A stretch of 64,000 bases of DNA from a virus (taxonomy: Duplodnaviria; Caudoviricetes), in IMG/VR virus record IMGVR_UViG_3300026546_000001, positions 32,001 through 96,000 of that record. The stretch is one strand, 5' to 3'. This document shows, one piece after another, positions 28,979-38,767 of this stretch. Numbering within the stretch: the first letter of the stretch is position 1; each line of letters starts with the position of its first letter. The position numbers and the translations under genes were made by a program. The notes beneath the pieces were generated by a model. That model ran no database searches, was not told where the DNA came from, and saw nothing but the letters and a program-made list of their open reading frames with translations.

Positions 28979-30151
28979 GTGAATATGAAAAAAAAATATA
29001 TTTTGCAATTTTATCCAGAAAAATATGATTACTTAACACATGTAAAAAAAATAGAATATAATGGTAAATATTTAAAAACAGCATATTTAATTGATTTAAT
29101 ACATTATTTTATATCAAAATCATTTTTATTTGGAAAAAAAGAATTTAATTTGTGGAGTCCATTATTACAAAAAAAATATGGAATGAATTACAAATTATAT
29201 TTAAAATGGTTAATGGATGAAAATATTATTGAAGTATCGTCAAAATGGTTTGCCGGAAAAAAAGCTATAACTTATAAAATGTTATTAGATTTTAATAATG
29301 AAACAATAAAACGTTATAAAAATTATGATCCATTTTTACTTAAAAAATTAAAAAATAGAATAATACTTGAAAAATATAATGGTGTTGACGAAAAACTTTT
29401 AAAATTACGAGAAAAAATAATAGAAGATTTATTTCATGTTAATTTAGATTATGATAATGCAATTAAAAAATTAAGTAATGAATATGAAATTAGTTTAATT
29501 GATAAAATGAGTTATGATAAAAATTATATGACATTAGAATCAATAAAACATCGACAAATATATTGGAATTTTGATAAATTTGGCAGATTACATACAAATT
29601 TTACAATACTTAAAAAAAATATTAGAAATAATTATTTAACCATTGATAATCAAAAAATAAAAGAAGTTGATATTCCTAATTCACAACCGTATTTTTTATC
29701 ATTATTGTTAAATGATATTTTAAGTGATGAAGATAAACAAACAAATGAATATAATGAATTTATATTAAGAATAAAAAATTCAACATTTTACGAATCATTT
29801 GATTATTTAGATGTACCTCGTAAAGAAAAAAAAGAATTAGTATATAAAGTATTTTTTGATGTAAATAATATGAATGAAAAACGTAATAGAATATTTCGTA
29901 ATCGATGGCCATTATTATGGAAATGGATTAAAAAATGGAAAGAATCACAAAATAATTATGCTGCATTAGCCTGGGAATTACAGCGTCGTGAAAGTAATTT
30001 AATTTTTAATAATATTTGTAATGATATAAAAGAAGAACATCCTTATATTAAAATATTTACTGTTCATGATTCAGTATTTTATCCAGCTAAATATGATACA
30101 ATTGTTAAAAAAATATTTAATAATTATTTACCACACCTAAATTTAGTGTAA
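28979..30151 (+). CDS. Small family-A polymerase-like (T7-RNAP/TV-Pol-like palm) protein with N-terminal wHTH-like region
   Basis: FGRLHT, motif A EVDIPNSQP, motif-B-like RKEKKELVY, LQRRES, motif C TVHDS. Confidence 0.7.
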   Translation: MNMKKKYILQFYPEKYDYLTHVKKIEYNGKYLKTAYLIDLIHYFISKSFLFGKKEFNLWSPLLQKKYGMNYKLYLKWLMDENIIEVSSKWFAGKKAITYKMLLDFNNETIKRYKNYDPFLLKKLKNRIILEKYNGVDEKLLKLREKIIEDLFHVNLDYDNAIKKLSNEYEISLIDKMSYDKNYMTLESIKHRQIYWNFDKFGRLHTNFTILKKNIRNNYLTIDNQKIKEVDIPNSQPYFLSLLLNDILSDEDKQTNEYNEFILRIKNSTFYESFDYLDVPRKEKKELVYKVFFDVNNMNEKRNRIFRNRWPLLWKWIKKWKESQNNYAALAWELQRRESNLIFNNICNDIKEEHPYIKIFTVHDSVFYPAKYDTIVKKIFNNYLPHLNLV

Positions 30152-30456
30152 TGGCATCATTAGAATTTAAAATAAGAGAATTAACTGTAATACATAAATT
30201 AACGCAGAATGTAAAAGGATTATACATTCATCATGTATTTACAACAGAAGAAAATACTTTATATTTTATATTTCAACATCATATTGTATTATATATTAAT
30301 ATTTATATTAATTATTTTTTTAATGATAATAATGAAGAATATTATATTAATATTTTTGACAAACGCGAATTTATTACTACATATACAACATATGATGCTA
30401 ATTCAGTAATAGAATTTTTAAATGATTTTTTTAATGAACATTATTTAAATATATAA
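30151..30456 (+). CDS. Hypothetical protein
   Basis: TAATG coupling to the upstream gene. Confidence 0.5.
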   Translation: MASLEFKIRELTVIHKLTQNVKGLYIHHVFTTEENTLYFIFQHHIVLYINIYINYFFNDNNEEYYINIFDKREFITTYTTYDANSVIEFLNDFFNEHYLNI

Positions 30457-30473
30457 TAAAATGATTTTTTTAT

Positions 30474-31589
30474 ATGTTAAAACATATTTCTAATTTTAAT
30501 AAATTTAAAAATAAAATATTTGAACAAATTAATATAAATCATATTTGTTATATACCATTGGAATTATTTAAAAATGAATTTATAAAAGAATATAATATAC
30601 AATTAGATAATTTAGAAGAAGAATATCCTGAACCAGATGAAACTGATAAAACTAAATTATCATTTAAAGATACATTTTATCCAGATTTAGATACTTTAGA
30701 AAATAAGTTGTATTTTGAAAAAGATGATAATAATAATATTATTATTGAATATTCACATATTGTAAATTTTAATAATTATAGATTAATTATATTTGTAAAA
30801 TTTATATTTAATTGTAAATTAAAAACATTCACATTGAATTTTAATTATAAAATATATGATATCATAAATAATAAATATTATGATGAAGAAACTAGAACTA
30901 TCACATTAATTAAAAATACAAGTGATTTTAAAAAATTAGTTGATGCATTTATATATGGTTCATTATATGTTGGTGATATAACAAGTGATAAGTGGATAAA
31001 AAAATATAAACGAAGTACTATGAAATATTTAAAAGAATATTATGAATTTAATAAATTAGATATGCCAATAAATTCAAACTTTATATCATATGAAAATTAT
31101 AAAAATTATTTAGATAATGAAGAAGTATTTGAATTAGTAAATCAACTAAATAATTTATATTGGGAAATGGAACAAGAAGCAATTGATGATGAAACTGCAA
31201 ATGAATACGCAGAAGAAATAGAACAATTGGAAAATGAATTATATGAAACTATTAAAAAATTAAGAATTACTAATAAAATTAGTGAAATAGAACAAGCAGA
31301 TAATGCAATTATCAATGATTTTAAACAAAATTTAGAAAATATAATTGATAATTATTCAATTGAATCAACATCAATTGAAAATGGTAATGTTGTAATATTA
31401 TTAAATATTAATGACGAAGAATATGAAATTAATATAGATTCAGATGGTAATGCATTTTTACATGATGCAGAATATATAGTACCAATAGGTAATATTTACG
31501 AATATAATGTAGGTAAAATATTAAAAAATATCATTAGTTTATATGGTGTAGAATATATAAACTACTTAAAAAATAATAGTATACAATGA
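30474..31589 (+). CDS. Hypothetical acidic protein with two CTS-like leaders
   Basis: MLKHISNFNKF at the start and in-frame MKYLKEYYEF at 31020. Confidence 0.6.
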   Translation: MLKHISNFNKFKNKIFEQININHICYIPLELFKNEFIKEYNIQLDNLEEEYPEPDETDKTKLSFKDTFYPDLDTLENKLYFEKDDNNNIIIEYSHIVNFNNYRLIIFVKFIFNCKLKTFTLNFNYKIYDIINNKYYDEETRTITLIKNTSDFKKLVDAFIYGSLYVGDITSDKWIKKYKRSTMKYLKEYYEFNKLDMPINSNFISYENYKNYLDNEEVFELVNQLNNLYWEMEQEAIDDETANEYAEEIEQLENELYETIKKLRITNKISEIEQADNAIINDFKQNLENIIDNYSIESTSIENGNVVILLNINDEEYEINIDSDGNAFLHDAEYIVPIGNIYEYNVGKILKNIISLYGVEYINYLKNNSIQ

Positions 31590-31879
31590 AACATGTAGTT
31601 GATTATGCTGATTTTTCTTCAATAGATTCACCAAATGGTAAAGAAGCAAAAAAATTAAATAATCCATATAATTGGTCTGCAGTACCAGATGAAAATAGAT
31701 ATGACATTCCACATTATCCTGATAAAGAAACTTTTCAAATAGAAATTGGTGATCCTGATCCAATTACAAAATTTAGAAAATGGAATAAAAATTACTGGGA
31801 AACTGAATACTACAAAAAGAAAAGAGAAAAACGACAACAAAAAGGAGAAACTGATAACAACGCAAGAGTTGAACCATAA
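31586..31879 (+). CDS. Hypothetical protein
   Basis: ATGA overlap; ends at a terminator. Confidence 0.6.
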   Translation: MKHVVDYADFSSIDSPNGKEAKKLNNPYNWSAVPDENRYDIPHYPDKETFQIEIGDPDPITKFRKWNKNYWETEYYKKKREKRQQKGETDNNARVEP

Positions 31880-31910
31880 AAAAAGAGATGAATTTTTTTC
31901 ATCTCTTTTT
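31878..31910. terminator. Bidirectional terminator
   Basis: AAAAAGAGATGAA...TTCATCTCTTTTT between convergent genes. Confidence 0.75.
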
Positions 31911-31928
31911 ATTTTTTTTAATATATTT

Positions 31929-32447
31929 TTACATACTAGAAACAGCAACATCATCACCTTCAGTTGCAGCCATTTCCATATTGATTGGCACTGGTGCTTC
32001 TTCTTGCATTGGTCCTTCTATTGTACCTAAATCAGGTGATTTTGCTAATAATCCAGATTTTTTAATAGATTCACTTTTAATTTCATCATTTATAATTTTA
32101 TCAGCTATATTATCAGTAGTACTTGTATTAATATTAAAAAACTTTCTATTTAACAAATTAAAATAAAAACGTTTTGCTTCATATTCTTCTACAGCTAATT
32201 TATATTTGCCAAAATTTATAATACCAGGCAATAATTTATTTTTATATAATTTTATTGATAATTTAACTGAACTGATATTATCAATATCATCTATTCTATC
32301 TGAATTAGAATAAACATAACACGCAATTTTATTATAATCTTTAGTGGATTTAACTTTAAAATTTTGAATGTCAGCATTTTCATTAATTATAATATTTGAC
32401 AAATAATATAACATTTCATTCATTGAATTTTTAATTTTGTTATTCAT
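31929..32447 (-). CDS. Hypothetical protein
   Basis: AAAC-N16-ATATAA upstream (32465-32490). Confidence 0.6.
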   Translation of the reverse strand: MNNKIKNSMNEMLYYLSNIIINENADIQNFKVKSTKDYNKIACYVYSNSDRIDDIDNISSVKLSIKLYKNKLLPGIINFGKYKLAVEEYEAKRFYFNLLNRKFFNINTSTTDNIADKIINDEIKSESIKKSGLLAKSPDLGTIEGPMQEEAPVPINMEMAATEGDDVAVSSM

Positions 32448-32507
32448 AATTATTTTTTTTATTTTTATATTAATAAAACAAAAAATGTTTATAATATTAT
32501 AAGTAAT

Positions 32508-33971
32508 ATGAGAAATTTAAAAAAAATATGTGCTGATTACACTGAAGCTGAAATATATTATCATATCGATTTAGATGGTGTTACTAGTGCAATAATTATA
32601 CGTGAAATATTAAAAAGATATAATGTTAAAATAGTAGCAGCGCATTCAATTCAATATGGAGATAGAGAATGGGCTATACCTGAACCTAAAAAAAATAGAT
32701 TATTAGTTCTTGTAGATTTTGCGCATGGAAAAAGTATGTTTCATATTCATACAGATCATCATGATAGACAAGTTGGTGTAAATACAAAGTATACATTATT
32801 TAAAAAAGCTAGAAGTAATGCTGAATCTTTAGATTTTTTATATAATCAATGTTTTCCATCATTAGATTTAGAAATTATAAATACAGTTGATAGTGCTGAT
32901 TTTGTTAAACATAAACTTAAACCAAAACAATTAAGAAATTTTATTATCAAAGATAAATTAACAAATAATTCATATAAAAACAGATGGTTATTAGGATTAG
33001 CATGTAATAAATTATTATTAACATATAAAAATAAACCACATTTTTTAGATTTAATTGTATTACATTCAAATCCAAGTTTATTAAGTATTTATATTCATGC
33101 AAGATTTTTACAAAAACGATTTGGATTTCCATCTTTAGAAGAAACACAATTAAATAGTAATTTGTATAAAAATAGAATGAAAGAATACGAATATTTAGAA
33201 TATAATGCAATTTATAAAATTGTTAGACAATTTGGTGGTGGATTTATGTTTGATTCAGGAAGTTATGATAGATATATTGTATTTGAAAATCATCCAAGAG
33301 CAGATTTTTTAATTATAATTTGGCCAATGGGTTTGTTACAAGTGTCATTTAATCCATTTAAAAAGAAACAACTTGAAAATGTAAATTTAGGTGAAATAAC
33401 AGATTATATACTAGATAAACACAAAAAACAATTACAAAATATATTAATTGATTTATTTAGTATAAAAATGGAAAATGAAAAAAGAATTTTAAAGGAACGT
33501 AGAAAAGCTTTAAAAAATGGATATGTTGATGTAGAAAGGGTTGGATTTAAAACTAATGATTTATTAGTATTATATAAAGATAATATTATTATAAATAAAG
33601 ATAATAAATTAATAAAATTTGATTATAATAAACATTATAAATTTATTGAAAAATTATCTTATATTTTAGATAAAAGAGTATATGAAATAACTAATAATGA
33701 GGCAGATAAATTACGTCATATTTATATATCAGCATATGATTTAATTAAAAATAATTCTGGTGGACATTCAGCTATTACTAATATTTCAGGTTTTAATTAT
33801 ATGGATTGGAATAAAAAAGGAATATATCAAGAATATGGTGTAAATTCATTTGAAGAAGTTATGAAAATAATGTCACAAGATTTCTATGAAATATTAAAAG
33901 ATAAAATAATAAAAAACGCAAAAAAGAAAAAGGCAAAAGTTGATTTAAATTGGTCTTTATATTCAATATAA
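32508..33971 (+). CDS. DHH-family phosphoesterase/nuclease
   Basis: YHIDLDG, LVDF, TDHHD, C-terminal GGHS. Confidence 0.78.
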   Translation: MRNLKKICADYTEAEIYYHIDLDGVTSAIIIREILKRYNVKIVAAHSIQYGDREWAIPEPKKNRLLVLVDFAHGKSMFHIHTDHHDRQVGVNTKYTLFKKARSNAESLDFLYNQCFPSLDLEIINTVDSADFVKHKLKPKQLRNFIIKDKLTNNSYKNRWLLGLACNKLLLTYKNKPHFLDLIVLHSNPSLLSIYIHARFLQKRFGFPSLEETQLNSNLYKNRMKEYEYLEYNAIYKIVRQFGGGFMFDSGSYDRYIVFENHPRADFLIIIWPMGLLQVSFNPFKKKQLENVNLGEITDYILDKHKKQLQNILIDLFSIKMENEKRILKERRKALKNGYVDVERVGFKTNDLLVLYKDNIIINKDNKLIKFDYNKHYKFIEKLSYILDKRVYEITNNEADKLRHIYISAYDLIKNNSGGHSAITNISGFNYMDWNKKGIYQEYGVNSFEEVMKIMSQDFYEILKDKIIKNAKKKKAKVDLNWSLYSI

Positions 33972-33990
33972 CTCTTATATATAATTTGTT

Positions 33991-34542
33991 ATGGAAAAGA
34001 ATAAATTAGAAATAATATTTGATTACGCTCATCAAAATTATGATGAATTAACGATAACTGTGACTGATCAAGATATAATAAAATATACTATATTTATAAA
34101 TGATTTTAATAATACAAATGAATTATTTAATGAATCAGGTATTCCAATATCTTTATGTTATGATAGAAAATTAGACTTACATTATATTGAATGTTGTTCA
34201 ATTAAAACATATTTACAAAAAGATATATTTTTAACATATAAAAATGTGTTTATGATTAAATATTATACATTATTAAATGAAGAAAAAACTGCAAATATGA
34301 TTCAATTAAATAAATTATATGATAAAATTAAAGAAAAAAATGAAGAAAAAAATAGAAATGCATTATCAGAAATTATTAGAAATCACACATATCAATTTTA
34401 TAATATCGATGCAGAAGCAGAATTAACTAGAATTTTACGTGATGAAATACAACAAAATTTTAGAAATAATATGTTAAATACATATGGATTTAATGAAGAT
34501 GATTTTAATACTGAAATTGATGCAGATGATATTAATTTGTAA
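33991..34542 (+). CDS. Hypothetical protein
   Basis: 183-aa ORF. Confidence 0.55.
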   Translation: MEKNKLEIIFDYAHQNYDELTITVTDQDIIKYTIFINDFNNTNELFNESGIPISLCYDRKLDLHYIECCSIKTYLQKDIFLTYKNVFMIKYYTLLNEEKTANMIQLNKLYDKIKEKNEEKNRNALSEIIRNHTYQFYNIDAEAELTRILRDEIQQNFRNNMLNTYGFNEDDFNTEIDADDINL

Positions 34543-35110
34543 CTTTTATTTTTAAATTTTTTACATTATTTAATATTTTTAATAATTCATCTAAATCTAA
34601 TATTTTTTTAAATATATTTGTTTTATCACGAGTGTTTTGAAGTTCCCAATTTTTACCACCATTATATGTTACATAAATATAAGTTTTACCACTATTTTTA
34701 TCAGTAACTTTAATTATTTTATTAGTTAGTTTATTAAAAAATTGTTTTAAATTCTTTGTTACATCAAATAATCTAATTTTATCTGAACTTTCTTCTTGTA
34801 ATAAAATATATTTAGTTTTTTGCATTTTATTTTTTGGATTATCATTTATAACATTTAATAATACATATTTAAAATCTTTATCTGCTAATGTTGCAAAATC
34901 CTTCGTGTCTTTAATATCTGTTGCAACTAAATCATTTTCATTTAATTCTTTTAAAAACTTTGGATTTTCTAATAAATGATCTAAGTCTGTGTCAAATGTA
35001 TTAAACACTGATTCAAAATCTAATTCAATTAATTTTGAATTTTTAATTAATTCATTTAAATCTATATGTAAATCATTATGATATTGTTCAAATGTTTTTA
35101 TTATATTCAT
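34532..35110 (-). CDS. Hypothetical protein with CTS-like leader
   Basis: Probable start ATG 35110, giving MNIIKTFEQY. Confidence 0.6.
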   Translation of the reverse strand: MNIIKTFEQYHNDLHIDLNELIKNSKLIELDFESVFNTFDTDLDHLLENPKFLKELNENDLVATDIKDTKDFATLADKDFKYVLLNVINDNPKNKMQKTKYILLQEESSDKIRLFDVTKNLKQFFNKLTNKIIKVTDKNSGKTYIYVTYNGGKNWELQNTRDKTNIFKKILDLDELLKILNNVKNLKIKVTN

Positions 35111-35157
35111 ATAATATAACAATACTTTTAATATATATTAAAAGTGATATATAATTT

Positions 35158-36279
35158 ATGAAAAAACTAACTGATGTAATTTTAGAAAAAAAATATATTG
35201 AAAATACTGATATTATATTAGGTTTAGCATTAGTTAATCCATCATTATTAGATTTTGTAATAGATATAAGAAATAAGTATATTGTAAAATGGAATGTGTT
35301 ACAAAGTATGATGAAATATACTGTTATGAAATATGGTGATAAATTAAAGTGGGAAATACCAAATACAATTAATAATATTGAATTAGATATTGAAAAAAAT
35401 TGGAATATGCTTAAAAAAATTAAACAAAAGGCTGATATATTAAGAAATAAATATGAAGAAATTAAAAATGTTACATTTACAAAAAATGGTTTAATTATAA
35501 ATAATGATGATAAAATATTTTTCAATGATACTAAAAAATATACATCTAAAAAAATATTTGACACATTATTTGGAATAAATGATAGTTTAATATATTCGCA
35601 AGAACAAAAATTAGATACATTAGTTAGATATTGGTTAAAATTAGTGTTTATGCATGCATCTCCTGAAACTAGAAATTATATTGAAAATTTTATATTTGAT
35701 AATGTAATAAATCAAGTTACATTTAAAGAATATTTTAAAATAACTGCAAATGAAGATTATAAATATTTAGGTGTTAGAATTAAAAGTTTAGATAAAAATT
35801 TTAAAAAATTACATCAGTTATTAGCAGTATTATATAAAAATCCAGCATATTGGATAGATTATAAAGGGTTTAGAGAAAAATGGCAATATATTAAAAATAC
35901 AATATTAAATAAACAAATTATATTACCAATTTTAAATGAACAAGTTGATAATAAAAAATTAAAAAATAATGTATTACATTTTTTAGCTGATCACTTTAAT
36001 ATTAAAGATGATTCGTATACTGATATAAATACATTACAACAATTACCAAGCAAAAATCAATTTTTAAATACTAAAGTTAAATTAGTAATATCATATTGGA
36101 ATAATGAACAATTTGATTTTGTTTATATTATTAAATGCTTAACATTAGATGATAAAGAATTAGGATCTATAGAAATAGAAATCGGATGGCCATCTGGCAC
36201 ACCCGAATATCGTTTATCGGCAAAAGCTAAATTACATAAATTAAATGTAAAAAATATTATAGAGAATATATCCACTTAG
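35158..36279 (+). CDS. Hypothetical protein
   Basis: 373-aa ORF transcribed away from the palindrome TTTTAATATATATTAAAA. Confidence 0.6.
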   Translation: MKKLTDVILEKKYIENTDIILGLALVNPSLLDFVIDIRNKYIVKWNVLQSMMKYTVMKYGDKLKWEIPNTINNIELDIEKNWNMLKKIKQKADILRNKYEEIKNVTFTKNGLIINNDDKIFFNDTKKYTSKKIFDTLFGINDSLIYSQEQKLDTLVRYWLKLVFMHASPETRNYIENFIFDNVINQVTFKEYFKITANEDYKYLGVRIKSLDKNFKKLHQLLAVLYKNPAYWIDYKGFREKWQYIKNTILNKQIILPILNEQVDNKKLKNNVLHFLADHFNIKDDSYTDINTLQQLPSKNQFLNTKVKLVISYWNNEQFDFVYIIKCLTLDDKELGSIEIEIGWPSGTPEYRLSAKAKLHKLNVKNIIENIST

Positions 36280-38104
36280 AATTACCTGCATTATAACATC
36301 TATAATATCCTAATTCTAACATTATATCATGTTCAGATTTGTTTTTATCGTATCCTAATTGTATTAATCTATGTTTTGTCCAATTGTATCTATGTTCACG
36401 AATATTATTTATTACATAATAATAGCCTACTTTAGTATATTTTTCAAATTTCATACCAAGTTTTGAATATACTTCACCATCACCCCATTCTAAATTTGCA
36501 TATGATATAACATATGTTATATCATATAAATTAATTATATGCTTAAATAATTTTGAAATTCCTCCTATAACATTATAATTTATTTTACTACAAAAACGTA
36601 ATAATTCATAATTTTTATTTAATTTATAACCTAATGATTTTCTAGTTTTTCCAATGCCCATAGCTGAAACTAATTCTCCATTATAAAATAATCCATATTT
36701 ATATTGAGATGGTATATATCCTTGTAAATGATTATTTTCTAAAAATATTTTATATTCTTTATTAGTTAATTTTTTTATATTACATTTACGTGCGTATATT
36801 TTATATTCAATTTTATTTAAAATATTTTTTAATCTAGATTTAACTATATCTTGTTTGTTTTTCCAATCATCTTCCCATATTTGAATTAATTTTATTTCTT
36901 TATCTTTACATTTTAAATATTTATTTTTATGATAATTTATATCTCCTTTTTGTAATTCACTATGCCAATATATTCCATTAACTTCAATTGCAATATTATA
37001 ATCAGGTAATACAATATCTAATTCCAATGGATTTATTATATTTCTATCATTTTGTATAATATTAGTTATATTAATAGATTTTAAAAAATTTATTACTTCA
37101 TTTTCAAATGACGACTGAGAATATCTTGGATTGCATATTAAACATGGATCTAAATTACCTAAAGTGTAACGTTGATAATAAAAATAAAATGATAATTCTG
37201 ATATATTATTACATTTATTACATTTGTATATAATTGTTCTATTTGTGAAATTTACATCTATTACATTTTTATTTTCACTTAATATTTTATTTTTATAATT
37301 TGTTTGATTTGTTTGCTTAACTTTTTCATGAAATTCTTTTAATGATGTAACTTCCTCAACACCATAACGATTTAAATTTGTTTGTCGACGTTTTTCATGA
37401 ATTATGTTTGATGATAATGATTCTTCAACACCATATTTTTCTAAATTTGTTTGTTTTCTTTTTTCTCTTATACAATCAGCAGATAGTACTTCTTCAACAC
37501 CATATTTTTTCAAATTTGTTTGTCGACGTTTTTCAATATTTTGATTAATTATTTTTTTAACAGATTTAGATATTTTTTTCTTAATTTCATCATTTTGAGT
37601 TGGAATTTCAACACCATATCGTTCTAAATTAGTTTGTTTTCTTTTTTCTTTAATTTCATTAGAATCCATTGGCGTTTCAACACCATATTTATTTTTTAAT
37701 GTTTGTTTTCTTTTTTCTTTAATATCTGTTCTTTGAAATGTATATTCTACACCATATTTTTTTAAATTGTTTTCTTTTTTAAGATTTTTAATTAATTTAG
37801 AACTATTAGCACATTTTTTACTACAAAATAATTTATATCCTTTTACTTTATTAACAAATTTAACATTGTTATTACAATTTTCATTTTTACATTTAGGTAT
37901 TGAATTAATATCATTTAATGCATGATACATTTTTTGTTTAAATGGTAAATTATTTAAATTGTATTTTTTACAATAATTAATAATATAATTATATTCATCA
38001 ATAAAATGATCTTTAAGATATTTTTCATTTGCATATTTAGCAGCAGATTTACCTTTTACATTTTTCAAAAATAATAAATTATTATTAAATGAATTCAATT
38101 CCAT
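36257..38104 (-). CDS. Free-standing homing-endonuclease-like protein (zinc ribbons, KQTNLxKYGVE repeats, Vsr/DUF559-type nuclease)
   Basis: Cys pairs; six ..T/NNL.[KR]YGVE repeats; ELDIVLP...AIEVNGIYWHS...IWEDDW; C-terminal FL..NHLQG...ELLRF domain. Confidence 0.75.
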   Translation of the reverse strand: MELNSFNNNLLFLKNVKGKSAAKYANEKYLKDHFIDEYNYIINYCKKYNLNNLPFKQKMYHALNDINSIPKCKNENCNNNVKFVNKVKGYKLFCSKKCANSSKLIKNLKKENNLKKYGVEYTFQRTDIKEKRKQTLKNKYGVETPMDSNEIKEKRKQTNLERYGVEIPTQNDEIKKKISKSVKKIINQNIEKRRQTNLKKYGVEEVLSADCIREKRKQTNLEKYGVEESLSSNIIHEKRRQTNLNRYGVEEVTSLKEFHEKVKQTNQTNYKNKILSENKNVIDVNFTNRTIIYKCNKCNNISELSFYFYYQRYTLGNLDPCLICNPRYSQSSFENEVINFLKSINITNIIQNDRNIINPLELDIVLPDYNIAIEVNGIYWHSELQKGDINYHKNKYLKCKDKEIKLIQIWEDDWKNKQDIVKSRLKNILNKIEYKIYARKCNIKKLTNKEYKIFLENNHLQGYIPSQYKYGLFYNGELVSAMGIGKTRKSLGYKLNKNYELLRFCSKINYNVIGGISKLFKHIINLYDITYVISYANLEWGDGEVYSKLGMKFEKYTKVGYYYVINNIREHRYNWTKHRLIQLGYDKNKSEHDIMLELGYYRCYNAGNSKWIYSL

Positions 38105-38750
38105 CTATTTTACTTATATTATATTTTGTAGATAATTCTTTTACTATTTTAGTTCCCCATTTTTGATCAAGTAATTTGAACATGTTAAGTTCATTTTCTG
38201 AAAAATAGTATGAAAGTTCTATGAAAACTTCACTATGTGAATATATTGACATATCTAAATTTTCCATTAATAATTCATAATATAAATTAAAATCATTTCT
38301 TCCAGGTTTGCGTCTATTAGCTTTTAAATTTATATCTGTTTTAGATGTTATTATATTATAAATATCTTGTTTTAGATTTTTTAATCTTACATATTCTTCA
38401 AATTCATATGTAGCATTCCATTCGCTACTACCTCTATCAATTTCAAACCCTTCTGTTCTATGTGAAATAGTATATTCATTTGTATCTTCTTCTTCATCTT
38501 GTTTACCTTTAAATATTGAATCATATTTTAATTTATGTTTACCAGGTATTTTATGTTTATTTTGCCATCTATTCCAACCACGTTTAGGTTTTTCAGCTGG
38601 CTTTTCTTCAACTTGTTCTGACTTTTGTTCTGTTGTAGTATTTTCAGATTCTTTATTTATATTTTCGTTTATAACATTATCAGAATTTGTTGTATCATTT
38701 ACATTTTTTTGTTGTTCATTATTTTCTGTATTAAGTGTTTTTTTGTCCAT
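38085..38750 (-). CDS. Hypothetical protein downstream of the helicase
   Basis: Disordered N-terminus, folded C-terminus. Confidence 0.6.
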   Translation of the reverse strand: MDKKTLNTENNEQQKNVNDTTNSDNVINENINKESENTTTEQKSEQVEEKPAEKPKRGWNRWQNKHKIPGKHKLKYDSIFKGKQDEEEDTNEYTISHRTEGFEIDRGSSEWNATYEFEEYVRLKNLKQDIYNIITSKTDINLKANRRKPGRNDFNLYYELLMENLDMSIYSHSEVFIELSYYFSENELNMFKLLDQKWGTKIVKELSTKYNISKIDGIEFI

Positions 38751-38767
38751 GTTTATATTAATATTTT

